Assembly (NCBI GenBank): GCA_964188305.1
Contig: OZ076886.1
Source of the DNA: Podarcis bocagei
Lineage: Eukaryota
Direction: 5' to 3' (one strand)
Length of the DNA stretch: 64,000 nt
Part shown: positions 1-12,300 of the stretch, piece by piece
How the letters are laid out: the number at the start of each line of letters is the position of its first letter
How positions within the stretch are numbered: the first letter of the stretch is position 1
Notes under the pieces: generated by a model
Database searches by the model: none
What the model saw: only the letters and a program-made list of their open reading frames with translations
Told to the model about the DNA's origin: nothing
Position numbers and translations under genes: made by a program

Positions 1-600
1 GCAGGACTGGAAACTGAGACTGCAGAGCAATCCAACTCAGAGGGTAAATACCTATCCCCGCTCTTGCACTGAGATCTTCCACAGGAGTGTCATTGGTAGT
101 TTCCTGAGTTGGTGAGGCTCATTTGACAACAGCAAGAAAGCAAGCCTAAAGCATCATCAGCCCAGTCCTGTGGAATTCCCTGTCACTAGAGATTAAACAG
201 GTGCCTTCTGTACCAAATTTTAAATGTCTGCTGAATGGTTTTCTCTTTCACCAGACCTCTGCAGGCAATTAAGAATACATCCTTCCACCATGGTTAATTG
301 ATGTCTGTTTTAAACTTTTTAATGTGTTTTTTATTGTAAAGTTTTGTGCTTTATCGCTATGTACTGTGTCTTGTGCTGGTTTCTAGGTCAGCTCCACCAG
401 ACAGACAGCAGCCTGTCTGCTGACAATATAGAGCCAGGGTCTCAGTGGGAAACAGTTCCTCCAGCACATTTCAGCTAAATACCCTCCAGATATTCATGCT
501 CCTAAAGGTCTTATTCCTTGAGCACACAGAAGTAGGTAGATTGTGTGGGTCTTCAAACTACTCCCAGGCAAGTGCAGTGACACACATTCTGTGCCCTCAC

Positions 601-722
601 CAGTAACGCAGAAGAATGGTCCTCACTCTCTCTTCAAAGCCTAATTCTGTTGCCATGGTAATGGTCGTGATGTGGTGAACGGATGCATCTGGTTTCAAAT
701 AGAGAGCTGTCGCATCCAAAGT
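601..722 (-). CDS. Exon of an unidentified minus-strand gene that continues off the left edge (TLDATALYLKPD...MATELGFEERVRTILLRYW)
   Basis: Acceptor ttttgtttctaag at 723 and donor CTG|GTGAGG at 600. Open in only one frame. ATG at 656-654 in a strong ACCATGG Kozak context. CpGs retained. Confidence 0.55.
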
Positions 723-1675
723 CTTAGAAACAAAAGCCAATCTCCATGCAAATATATTACAGACCAAAGCAACAAAGTGAAAGGAAGGAGCCCTGTATGA
801 GGAAAATCTCCCTAGGAACTTACATTGACCTTTAGAAAGCTCAGGCCTGGCCAATTTTAAATTCAAGAGCACCAAAGAAAGTTCAGCCAATCATGTTGAT
901 TGAACACTTAATTATTTTGCAACAGCCAAACCTTGTTGGTATGATAGGCTGTGGGAGTGATCACACAAGTCAATATCCGATAACTCATTAAGTAACCTGC
1001 AAATAAACAAGGAGTGCTATAAATCCCTCCTTTAAAAAAAGGGGAAACACCAAGAAAGACTCGTAGAACTTCCAGCTTAACTGAAGGTTACTTGATGACA
1101 TTTCATTTATTCATAGTTTCTTAATATTTATATTCTGCCCTTCTTCCAACCTAGAACCCAAGGAGGTATATGTGGAGTTCGCATCCAGGTACTGACCAGG
1201 CCCAGTCCTCCTTATTTTCAAACTATACCCTCTCACTCTACCTGCTTAAGTTAAACTGTCCAACATCAATCCTTTGCTACTGCTTGAGCATCCAATCTCA
1301 CTTCCTTGCAGGCTGGCACAATGATGCCATAGCAAAACGTAGCTTGACAAGTCTCCATAAAGCGCTAAGCTCATCATGCTTAGATTGCATAACTTGAATG
1401 TGTTATGTAATGATAACAGCAAACATCCAAGAAGTAGATACAAATGCAATATAATGAGAATCACTCTGAATTCCTGGAAGCTGTCAATAATTGGAAAAAT
1501 ATGGCCTCAACCTCTTACCTTTTTTCTGATAAGGAATGGTAGTAAAGTCCTGACCTTTTTACCTGTAAATAAACTGCAGGGAGTGGAATTCAAACAGTGT
1601 CCTCATCTGCAGTCTGAAATGTTAAAGTCTCAAGAGATCTGCACCACACACAGTGAGAGAGAGAGCAGGGGGCAT

Positions 1676-1677
<2 letters not shown>

Positions 1678-1725
<48 letters not shown>
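1678..1725. repeat. (TG)n microsatellite; others near 9351, 10563, 23001, 29777, 31620, 36928, 53707
   Basis: Directly visible dinucleotide runs. Confidence 0.95.
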
Positions 1726-1728
<3 letters not shown>

Positions 1729-3389
1729 GGGGACTGACAGTTGTCTTCTTACACTGTGATGCAGCATGGTTTCAATGCAGGCCCCAGGGGGCAAAGGAAG
1801 TTAACAGCCAAATCCAGAGCTCCTGCACAGTGTTGGAGCAATATTATTCTCTTGCTGTGACAGGCCAGCGAAGGGAACACTTGACTTGTTCACATCTGCT
1901 AGTACATTAGCAGCAACAGCTCACAGCCCACCCCTGCTGGCACCCAGCAGCTGCTTTTAAAACTTAATTTTGTACTCTGGCCTTAGAAGTGTCACCTGCT
2001 GTGACAGATCCCTGCACTATGAATGTTTCACAAGCCGCCTCTTGAGAGTGACAAGAAGGTGTGAACAGTCAAGACAATTGTGCACAAAGGAAACCGAAAA
2101 AGATAGATAGACCTCCTGAGCTTTTAATCTTCCTGATGCTTCTTCTACAGGTTGGAAACAAATATGCTTGCTTTCTGAAGGCATCCAGTCCTGATCTCAA
2201 AGTATGTGCTCTCCTAGCTGTGGAGAGCCAGGTTAAGGATTGCGTAGGTGTTCCATCAGGAGAACACAAAGCGAGCTTACTGGATCAGGCAGTGGTCCAT
2301 CTAGTTAGTATCCTGTTGGCCAACCATATGCTGATGGGAAGCCTGCAAGCAGGCCATAGGCCCAACAGCATACCTGTGGTTCCCAGCAACTGATAATCAG
2401 ATGCACAATGTTTCTGACAAGGGAGGTTGAACACATCCCTCATGGCCACTGACAGCTACCTCTCCTCCATGAATTTGTCTAATCTTCTTTTAAAGCCATC
2501 CAAGTTGGTGGCAATCGCTGCCTCCTGTCCCTGCTTGGGATATGTCTCTCCCCCTACCGCCAGCAACTACTCAACCAAACACAACAGAGTAAAATGTAAA
2601 CACCGGGGAGATTAGTTAACAATGATTATTAGTTAACGTGAAGGATGTTATTATCATAAGGAAATAATATATTTATCATTTAGTGTCGTGGCCACAACGA
2701 AGCACACACTGGACCCCATAAAAAGCAGGAGAGCAGGACAACACGATATAATCCATCACATTTCCCCCTCTTTAAAGTTTCTCTTGGTTATAAAGTCTGC
2801 AAAATAAAGTCATGTGAGTTAAGGGGACCCTTGGTGATTTCTGGCAAAGGCGTCTTGGTAACACAGGCAAAGTTTGATATTGTAAGTGTGCCTGTTGTAA
2901 ATTATGCTGAAAAGCAAGGGCTTCACACACTTTTAAAGGGAAAGGAGGGTTCAGTTTATGTGTTACTCAAGGGAGCTGCTAAGGTAGCATACAAGGCAAG
3001 GTGTACCTTTTTTGGGGAGGGGGGAGTCAGGAGAATTTGGTGTATAAATATGCTTTATGTGAGTTCACAGAGTGCTGCAGATGTCGCTCTCCAAGGTCCT
3101 GAATTTCAAATTGTGCCAGCCAGTGGTTACATTTAATACAGAAATGGCTTCACATTGACATCAAAGACCAAATAAGATTGTTTATAACATTAACTGCATC
3201 TCTCTCTCTTTCTTACTGTAAGAGCCAGTGATATATCTGAGGAAGCAAATGCCTTGGAATAGGGAGGGGGGCGTCAGACAACCAAACAACTGAGTTTCGT
3301 TTCTTCTTCTTCTTTTCTTCCATTCGATAATTAAAAACCAGCAGCACAATTTCTTTTTGTAAATACAAGCCACCAGTATTTCTAGCCAT

Positions 3390-3750
3390 CTGTTCATAAA
3401 TCGTATCTGTAAAGCTGAGACAAAAGGAATGCCCTTCTTCACGCAGCACATAGTTAAGCTGCGGGATTTGCTGCTGCAAGAACACCAACCTGGCGGGCTT
3501 CAAAACAGGCTTAGACAAATTCGTGGAAGATAAATCTAGCCGTGGCAGATAGTCATGAGGCTCTATGGTGCCTCTTGTATCAGAAGCAGCAGACCTTTGA
3601 ATGCCAGTGGCTGGGGGACAAGAGTGGGAATTGAATGAATTGCATTCATGTCCTGCTTGTGGCCCCCTATCAGCTACTGTGAGGAACAGGATACTGGACC
3701 AGATAGCCCTTTGGTCTGATCCAGCAAGGCTCTTCTTCCATTTTTATGTT
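3390..3750 (+). mobile_element. Old CR1-type 3' end (similar pieces at ~2260-2530 on -, ~5610-6050 on +, ~39510-39590 on -)
   Basis: ...TTCACGCAGCACATAGTTAAGCTG...GGCTTAGACAAATTC...CTGATCCAGCAAGGCTCTTCTT 3' pattern. Confidence 0.6.
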
Positions 3751-5081
3751 CTGAAACATGTTACACCTGAAGCCCTATTCATATCAAGGAGCTTTGGCAG
3801 TCTTTTGAAGATAAGAACTATGCTCCCCCCATCCCGCCCCTTGCCTGTAGTTCGTACCTAGAGGACCACAGCAACTTTTGTCTTCCAGCTACAGGCTAAA
3901 TGTTTACTAATTTATCAACTTTATTTGTAAAGCTATTTTGAGGCTGCCCACCCCACCCCACCCCCCATATAACACATCAAGGCAATGCACAACAAAATAT
4001 GCCAGTGCAATAGAACATCAAATACCATAAAAACAATGCAAAATAATCATTTTAAAAAACTGGCTCATCTTGAGAAAGTTTGAAGAATAGAAGAGATATC
4101 TGAAAATCAGTGGTGAGCTTGCCCGCTGAATCTCTGCTGGAAGCGCGTGCCAAGAGCACAGGACTGGCAATAATAAACACCTGACATCTAGTTGAAGCCA
4201 GCTGGGCTTCTTAGGTCAATTAATGTGGATGATTTCAGAGATCAGGTTAGAATATAAAGGCCCAGACAGTCCTTATAGGAAATATTCTGTAGTTTTATGG
4301 TAACTGCCAAAGGATCCTGTGAGTATCTTTCTCTGCAGCTCTCTTAAGACATGGATCTTGAGAAATCACCCAAGGAAGCTGAGTTGGGAGAGCTGTCCAC
4401 CGGGGACAAAAGGCCCTGCATATATAGATCTCCTATTCACGAGTTTTTATTAAGCTATTTCAACTCTGGGGGTCAAATCAGGAAGCACGATTTTCCTGTG
4501 TGCCATGCCTGCTAAATCAGTCGTTGTCCAAAAGTCACCCCTTGCTCAGAGCAGTTTTTATGATCCAACTAGGTTGAATATAAATGTAGACAGGAGTGCT
4601 CTAGGCCAAACCAAGCACACACAGTCCTTTTTTTGAGCACCACAAAGATATTGTCATTTCTGAGCCACAAGAGACCAAGAAAGTAATCTTTTTGTTCCCA
4701 GTGCCTTTAATGATTCTATAAATCTCTCTACATTTATGCCTGCCCTTTTCTCTCTGCTTTCTTCCTGCTTTTCTTCCCACCCTTCTTTTTGGCTTATTAG
4801 GTAAAGGTTTTTTTGTTTTTGTTTTTAAACAAGCTCAATGCTCTGTCTCTTTTTCTCCCCCCAGGGAAATGCTGGAGCAATTAGTTTCAAGAAACAAACA
4901 GGGTGTTAAACAGCATCGCTGGGTTCAGAAGATCTCTGTTATGATTTACAGAACGCGGAATAACATATTGCAGCCTCCCCCAATGTAGTGTCCTCTTAAT
5001 GTTGTGGACCACAACTCCCACTGCTTCTGACCATTGGCCACAACTGGCTGATGGGAGCTGGAGTTCAATGACATCTGGAGG

Positions 5082-5532
5082 CAGCACCGGCCCACCCATG
5101 AGGCAAGATGAGGCAGCCACCTCAGGCAGCAAGACCCACAGGGGCAGTGGATCCAGCCTCCAAGGAATACACTGCTTGCTGCTGCTGCTGCTGTTGCTGC
5201 TGCAGTAGCACTGATGGCTGCAGTGCACTCCTTTGGAGGCCAGATCTGCCACCTCCTTGACAGGTCCCCCCACCCCAGTGCTTCCTCTGCAGTGACCTCT
5301 AGAAGGGGCTGCTGGTCTCTTCCCACCCCTAGGGATGAAATGGGGGGCCCCTGCCCTCTGGAGTCTACTGGGCTCTGCACATGCAACGGCCTTTGATTCC
5401 CACTTCAACTCTTGGGTAAGGTTGATATGGTTTCACCCCTTGTTTCTGATGTAGATCTTCTTCCCTGGTGTGGGGCACAGGACACCATTTTGTGGTTCAC
5501 CTCGGGTGCCGAAAGCTCTTAGCCCAGCCCTG
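5082..5532. mobile_element. Older hAT MITE inserted in a short palindromic MITE
   Basis: 8-bp TSD TCTGGAGG (5074-5081 / 5533-5540), degenerate CAGGGCCGG-type TIRs, contains a (CTG)n tract. Confidence 0.7.
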
Positions 5533-6492
5533 TCTGGAGGCTCCCAGACTGGGAAAAGCTGATGTATTATAAACAAGTGAAGGATAGACAAGAAAGAACT
5601 ACATGATATAGAACTGCAAACCTATGAACAGGATGTGGATAATGAATAGAGATTCCCCAATGCAAGGACCCAGGGCTATCCAGTAAGATTGAATGTCAGG
5701 AAGTTTAAAACAGAGGAAAGAAAGTACTTCTTTGCTTTGCTCATAATTAATCTGAGGAATGTGTGCTGCTCTGATGTGTGCTGTTGGCTATTGGCATAGA
5801 CAGTTTAAAATGAGGATTAGAAAAGGTCCACAGAGAATGCCCATGATTGGGATTATGACTATTAGCCATGGTGCCTAAGTGGAACTTTCCAGTTCAGAGC
5901 AGTATACCTCTGAAAACCAGGTGCCAGGGGCAGGTAGCGGGGGTGGGGATCCTACCTTAAGGCCCTGCTTGTGGACTTCCTGTAAGCATCTTGCTGGGCA
6001 CTACTGGAAACAGGATGCTGAACTAAATCCAGCAGGGCTCTTTTTATGTGTGCATAAATATATACCAGCTCAATTTTACTTCATGCAATGCCTTCACTTG
6101 ATTGTTGTTGCCAGTTTCCTGTGACTTTTTCAAATGCCTCTGCAATGGAACAGGTAACTGTAGTGCCATATTTTGGCAGTTGCTTGGCCCCAAAATGTAC
6201 ATTTTCTCCCCCATTTCCTACCCCTTTGCCTTTGTTTACTTCCCTGCCCTCTCCCTTTTCTTCTTCATCATCTTCTTCTTTGCAGATGATTAGGTGCTTA
6301 ACTAGAGAGAGCTGCAAATATTGTTACAATGTAGAGAGATCGCAGCATGGAAGAATCCCACAAGCCACGGGAGTGAATTAGCATGATAAATGAATCGAAG
6401 AGAAGAAAACTGATATCTGCTAACGACTGCATGGCTCGGTTCCTATGCTTTCCCATCTGGCGCTCTGATTGCTGTACGTCAGCCTGCCGTAC

Positions 6493-6860
6493 CTGAGCCC
6501 TTAATGCAAATGGCTGAGTTAAACCAATGTCCATCACAAGATAGCCCTGCTCGCCAACCTGCCTATCTGTATGCATGTGGTGCACAGAGCCTCGAATGCC
6601 ATTATCCTCAATTAGGCAAAGGAGGATGCAGAGGAGCTGCAGCTTGTCTCCCGCTCCCTGGGGCACCCTGCTGCAGATCTGCTTCTGCTTCTGCTGAGGA
6701 GTCTGACTCACAGTCCCATCCCTCAGGGGGTTCTCGGCAGGGGTGACTCAGTCGGATGGCAACACTCTTGTCGCATGTCACCGAGGAGCAGAATCTCAGA
6801 CAGTTGGGAAGCACTCCGGGAGCGAGTCTCTCACTCAAACAAGGCCACAGCTCCAGGACA
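6493..6860 (-). other. Candidate first exon / promoter of the minus-strand gene
   Basis: Locally CpG-retaining region with donor CAG|GTACGG at 6492. The frame ...MDIGLTQPFALRAQ ends in phase 0, compatible with exon 601-722. Two AP-1 TGACTCA sites (~6704, ~6744). The 5' boundary is approximate. Confidence 0.4.
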
Positions 6861-7744
6861 GCAGAGTTACATGTGCTATGGGGAACAGGGGGACATGCCC
6901 AGAGTCCTATCTGCACAAGTATGAGAGTTCCTGCAGTGTCCCAATGAGATTGAACATGAAAGACCCTTTTCAACGAGCAGTTTTCTTGAGTTTCTGCTGG
7001 CCGCCTAGTGTAAGGTTTTCTGCCACAAAGGAAAGGCCACTTCACTGGTGAATTCAGCATATTGACACCATTCAGAGGCATAAAATACCAAAGGGAGTGC
7101 CAGTTATTGCATTTCCTTTCACACCCATAAAGAAACCTGTTAAATCTCCAGGATTAGGCTCCATATCCTTACACTGAGTGCTGTATCCCTCACATATCTG
7201 TCTCTCTGTATATCAAATTGCTGTAGGGTTCCGTTAACACAGTGTTTCCATCCAATCAATTCTGGATTGACTCATTTCTACCATATGCCGAGAGAGGAAC
7301 AAAGCAGCTTTTCATGTCCAGATAAGTCCCCCTCTCCCAGGAGAAGGTGTGAAATCGACAGCTTCTCTATCATGAGAACACTTGCTATCATTTGCTGCCA
7401 TTGCTCAGCAGCTCACCTCATGCACAGTTGCCAAACCTGCCTCCCCTATCTCTGCTCTTGGACCATGAGATGGCTGCCCTTCTTGGGTGGAGGGAAGTAG
7501 AGAGCCATCATTAGGCACCAGACCATTTGGTTTCCAGTACCTAGAGGAGTGTGATAGCATGTAAATGGCAAGGAACAGCTACAACAATCTACGGAGAACT
7601 GGCTTGGAGAGTGCGTGGATTTGCCATTCCAGATCAATGCCAGGTGTTCCAGGGTATAGAAACAGCCCCAATGTAAATCTATTTTATTTATGTTTAATAT
7701 AAATCAAATCAATATATGGATTATTTCCACATTGAAACTGGTGT

Positions 7745-8400
7745 TTTCAGATTCCAGGTGCTGTCCTGATTAATTGCACCCTTGAATTGTACCAAAGAAA
7801 CTTGCAGCTGTCGACTCAGATCCTCTGTTGATATTTTTTGACAATTCCTGGAGAACAGGTGAAGTGCCGCAAGACTGGAGGTGGACAATAATTGCTCCCA
7901 TCTACCAAGTGGGGGAGTGACGCAACTTCTGACTGGTCAGCTTGATGTCAATACCTGGGAAGGTTGTAGAGCAGATCATTAGGCGGAATGTCAGCACTGA
8001 GAAAAAACGCTGTGATCACAAAGAGCCAGCACAGGTTTCACAAGAACAAGTTGTGCCAGATTAACCCCATCTCACTTTTTGATAGATTTGCTAGTTTGGC
8101 AGATCAGGCGAATACTGTGGACATAATATATCTTGATTTCAGCAATGCTTTTGACAAGATCTCCCATTATATCCTTGTTGACCATCTGTTAAAATGTAGG
8201 CAAGATGATGCTCCTGTTAGGTGAATCTACATCTGGTTGATGAACTAGCTCCTCATCAAAGTTGGGTGCCAGGAAGTTCTGCCCTGGGCCCAATGTTGTT
8301 TAAGATATTTACAAATGACTTCAATGAAGAAGCAGGGGGAATGCTCATTAGATGGGCAGATGGCACCAAATGGAGTGGGGCAGAAGACAAAAACAGAACG
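7745..8400 (+). mobile_element. Old CR1 RT fragment (inverted CR1 piece follows at ~8420-8775)
   Basis: Degenerate RT motifs SQHRF..KLCQINPI, DIIYLDFSNAFDKI, GSxLGPMLF and WADGTK. Confidence 0.8.
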
Positions 8401-8789
8401 TTTCACATAGGTCTTTGCCTCTTAGTTTCTTTCACCCTCCTCTGGATATGTTTCAGCTTCTCAAAATCTTTCTTACATTGTGGTGCCCAGACCTGGACAT
8501 GGTACTCTAGGTGAAGTCTGGGCACAGAAAAATAGAGTGGTGCTATTTCTTCTTATATCCTATCCTTCTGTTGATGCAATCTAGAATTACATTAGCCTTT
8601 TTGGCCATCATGTTATGGCACTGACTCATGTTCCACTTGTTGTCTACTAAAACTCATAAGCTCTTTTCACATGTATCTCTGTTAAGTCAGGCGTCTCCAA
8701 TCCTGTACTTGTGAATCTGATTCTTCTTTAATAAATGCAGAACATCACATTTACCTCTGCTGAAATTCATTTTATTTGCTTCATCGCAC

Positions 8790-9344
8790 CCACTGCTACC
8801 CAGACTAGGTTTGGGTTGTCCTGCCTGTTACCTCCTGGGAAGCTGTTGCAGGTGGCAAAGCTCTATAGATATCAAGATGCCACTGCTGCTGCCTACATGA
8901 CAGCATTACTTGTCCCAACCATTCCACCATTCAACTCTAAATAGGGTTTCAAACCCAGGCTAAAATGCATACAATTCAATAAGAAAAATACTGGGAATGA
9001 GAGAAACTGGAAACCAGTTGGCGTCTTACCTGTGTAACAAGCCCTAGCTGCTATGCTGAGCTATTGATCTCTTGCTCACCAATGAATATTACTGTTGAAG
9101 CTGACTCCTGCTGCTTCCTGGCACTAGGGCAGTCCTGTTGCAAGTTTTCTTCAAACAGTAATTACCCTCCCTAAACCCATGAGATGCTACAGAGTGTTTC
9201 CTTATCACTCCCAATATTTAGCAGTGCCTGACTTGGTGGTATTATCTTCTTTCCCTTTCTGGTAGCACCTGACATTGTCCTCCTCACTTTCAGCTTCTCC
9301 TGGTCACAGTTCAGTTTCGCTGGTTAAATTTCCATTATTGTGAT

Positions 9345-9390
<46 letters not shown>

Positions 9391-12300
9391 CTAAGTCCCT
9401 CTTTATTTCTGAATTCTGCCTAATGGGGTAAACAAATGCAGGAGCATAACCTTATGCTGGGTGTGGGGGCAGAGTGTCTGGTTCTGAAATGGTGTGGCTT
9501 GCCTTTACCACTAGGGGTCGTCCTAAGGCCTAGTATAGCCCGAGAATCCATGTTTGATTTACTCTGGAATTATTGGCCCAATGTTCTGCTGTAAGCCGCT
9601 TCCTAGACATCCAACATTTCCCGTTCTTACTTCTCAGTGAGGTGACAAATCTATTCCTGGGCTGTATAATTTCAGATTGAAGGTAGCAGCTGACATGACT
9701 GTGTGTTCCATATCCTAGAAAAATAGATATCAGGGAGAAGAGTTCTAGGTTAGCCTTCTCCCTCATATGCTAGTTTTCTATGTGCAGGGAAGGTTGTTGT
9801 TTCTTAAAAATGGAATTTCATGAGCCTCCACCTGTTACCCGTTACCCAGTTAACCATCTCAGTGAGAACCGGGTCATCACCTGACAATAAACTTCCCCAT
9901 ATGCCTAAACCCAGCCTGGTTCTGACAGTATATGAACGGAAGCTGTAAGCAGTGTTGATCCCATTACAAAACTTCTTCCTATTTTAGTCCTGGCATCTTT
10001 AGACCTTTGCATCTACAGAGGTCACAGGGTATTCTATAGCGCTTCTCTCACCTCGCAAGAGCCTGCCATTCTGCGGTGACTGTACCCCGGGGGTAAAGGC
10101 ATCAGGGCAAAAGCTCTCTGAGCTGCTCCAGCTGAAATTTGTCTTTGCTCCATAGACACTTGGAGAGGAGGTGTTGTGCATGGAGACATCACCATCCCAA
10201 ATTTAAGCGTGCTAATTGCTGAGCAGATTGGCTGCCCTTGACAATTTGAGGCGGCCTCTTCTCAACCCCAAATAATCAATCTGGCTGAGAAAGAAGGAGC
10301 CCCAAGAGGCTGACTTCTTCAGAAGCAGGGATGTGTTTTGGAACATGTTTTCCTTTCCCCTGCAAGCATGAACGTCCTTTGCCAACAACGAACAGAACAA
10401 TGTGATTTCAGAGTGGGTTAAGCTGTCAAGGACTATTAGGGTTGCCGTAGCAACCTGTACCCAACCCTCGCACCACACATTCATTAAGTTCTGAATCAGA
10501 AATAGGAGGCGACTGACTGTATGGTTTCCTAGCGATGATTTCAAAATAATTGGAGGAAGGGGTGTGTGTGTGTGTGTGTGTGTGTGTGTAACATGGGCAC
10601 AGAGCTTGTGCTGTGGAGAGGAAATTAAATGTAAGGGACTGGGAAGTCCGTTTGCCAATCTGCACTCTAATGCTCATGGACAGCCTTCTGGTACAATATG
10701 CCAATGGTTGGCAGGTCCGGGGGTGGTGGTGGTGGAGCAATAGATGTCACTCTTTATGCAATGGGCTACATTCCAGCCACACAAAAGACAGAGCTTTCCA
10801 TAGCCACATTCTCTCCATTCCCCATCCATGCAAGCAAGAGGCACCACGTTTCAAGGGCACATTCTCTCCAAGCACTGGCACTCAAGGGACTCAGCTACAC
10901 AGCTGCAAATAAAACGTTTTAAATGTGTTGTAAAGTGCAACATACAAATGTGACACTAGATGGCGACAGTGAGCTATGCAAAACTCAATGTGTTTTTCAA
11001 AATGCTTTTTAAAAAGCATTTTCACAGCGTTTTTTATATGTGTGTAGATTCCACCAAGGATGAATCACAGAATGGGTGGGAAAGGATGTTGCTTAGGGAG
11101 AGGCCTGGGGAGGGAGTCTGACCTGGGAGAGTCCTGAGGGCTAAATAGAGAGCCCTGGAAGACTGCATTTGGCCCTCTGTCCTGAGGTTCTCCCCACCCC
11201 TGATGTAGAAGAGAGGGTTTAAGTAGGCAAAGCTATCGGTGCAACCGTTCTGGGGCCCACTCAAAACAGACCAGTCCAGTCCATCCTTCTATTTCCTTGA
11301 GGCTCAGTTGACCATTTTCCCCCATAAAGAGTGCTGCCACCCAAATTGAAAGTAAAAATCAGATATGGCTCAAGCAGAACATGGAGAGAAATATACAGAT
11401 GAAACACAGTGCGAGCTTATGAATTCAGATTTCTCTGCAGCGTTCTCTGGGTGCATTTGTTCCTTTCGCGGTGTTCCCCAGTCCCTTTTGACGTTGTTTT
11501 ACCTTACAATGCAAACCAGATCAAACGTTCATTGGGGAGCAATATCAGTTCTCTGTCCAACACCTTAAAATGTGCGAGGCATAGCAATTTGGATGAGGGA
11601 AGTGGTGGAAGAGGGAGAGGTGCTTTAAGCTTCCTCCTCCTCTCTGATTCTCCCTTTGGCTTTTCCCCCAGCATAGGAAGCAAAGCACTAGGATTAATCC
11701 CTGTTTGAAATATGCAGCAGTGTACATTAAACATCAGAAAGCAATTGTCAATACCGTATAGTCAGCAAAATTTAAAGACGTGTACATCACTAGATTATAA
11801 GCTTGATGAAACTGAAAGGTTTTCAACAGGTGTCTGAAACAGTACAGCAAAGGTGCCTGTCTTTGGGGAGCAAGCAGGTCCCTCAAAATAAGCAACAAAA
11901 TGGCTTCTCCTGCATCAGATTCCAGAGAACAATACTGTGAACCCCTACAGTCCCCGAGGCTGCTTTCCATTGAGAGATCTCCCACTACAAACCCATCTGT
12001 GTCTAAATCTGAACTGGCAAGAGGTTTCTTTTCTTTCACACACACCTAAGCAGACCTCATCCCTGCAGATAAATTCCCCATCAAGAAAAAAACACCTCCT
12101 AACCATTAGAGACATATTGGCTGATCATTCCTTGCTATTAGCAAACAGTAAGCTTAACAAAGGATGGTCACCTTGCTGCCTTAATGGCTTTCTCTTTTCC
12201 TAGAGAGACAGTCTGGTTTACAAAGAAGTTCTAAATAGACTATAGATCTTCCTGGGAAAATAAAATAAAAGGACAAGTTAACAATATTAGGAACGTGCAA

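Noticed and set aside
4887-5408. 173-aa and 146-aa ORFs with poly-Ser/Ala
   Set aside because: They span nested MITEs and a CTG tract.
6846-6865. REST/RE1-like site CAGCTCCAGGACAG
   Set aside because: Spacing and left half-site deviate from the canonical RE1.
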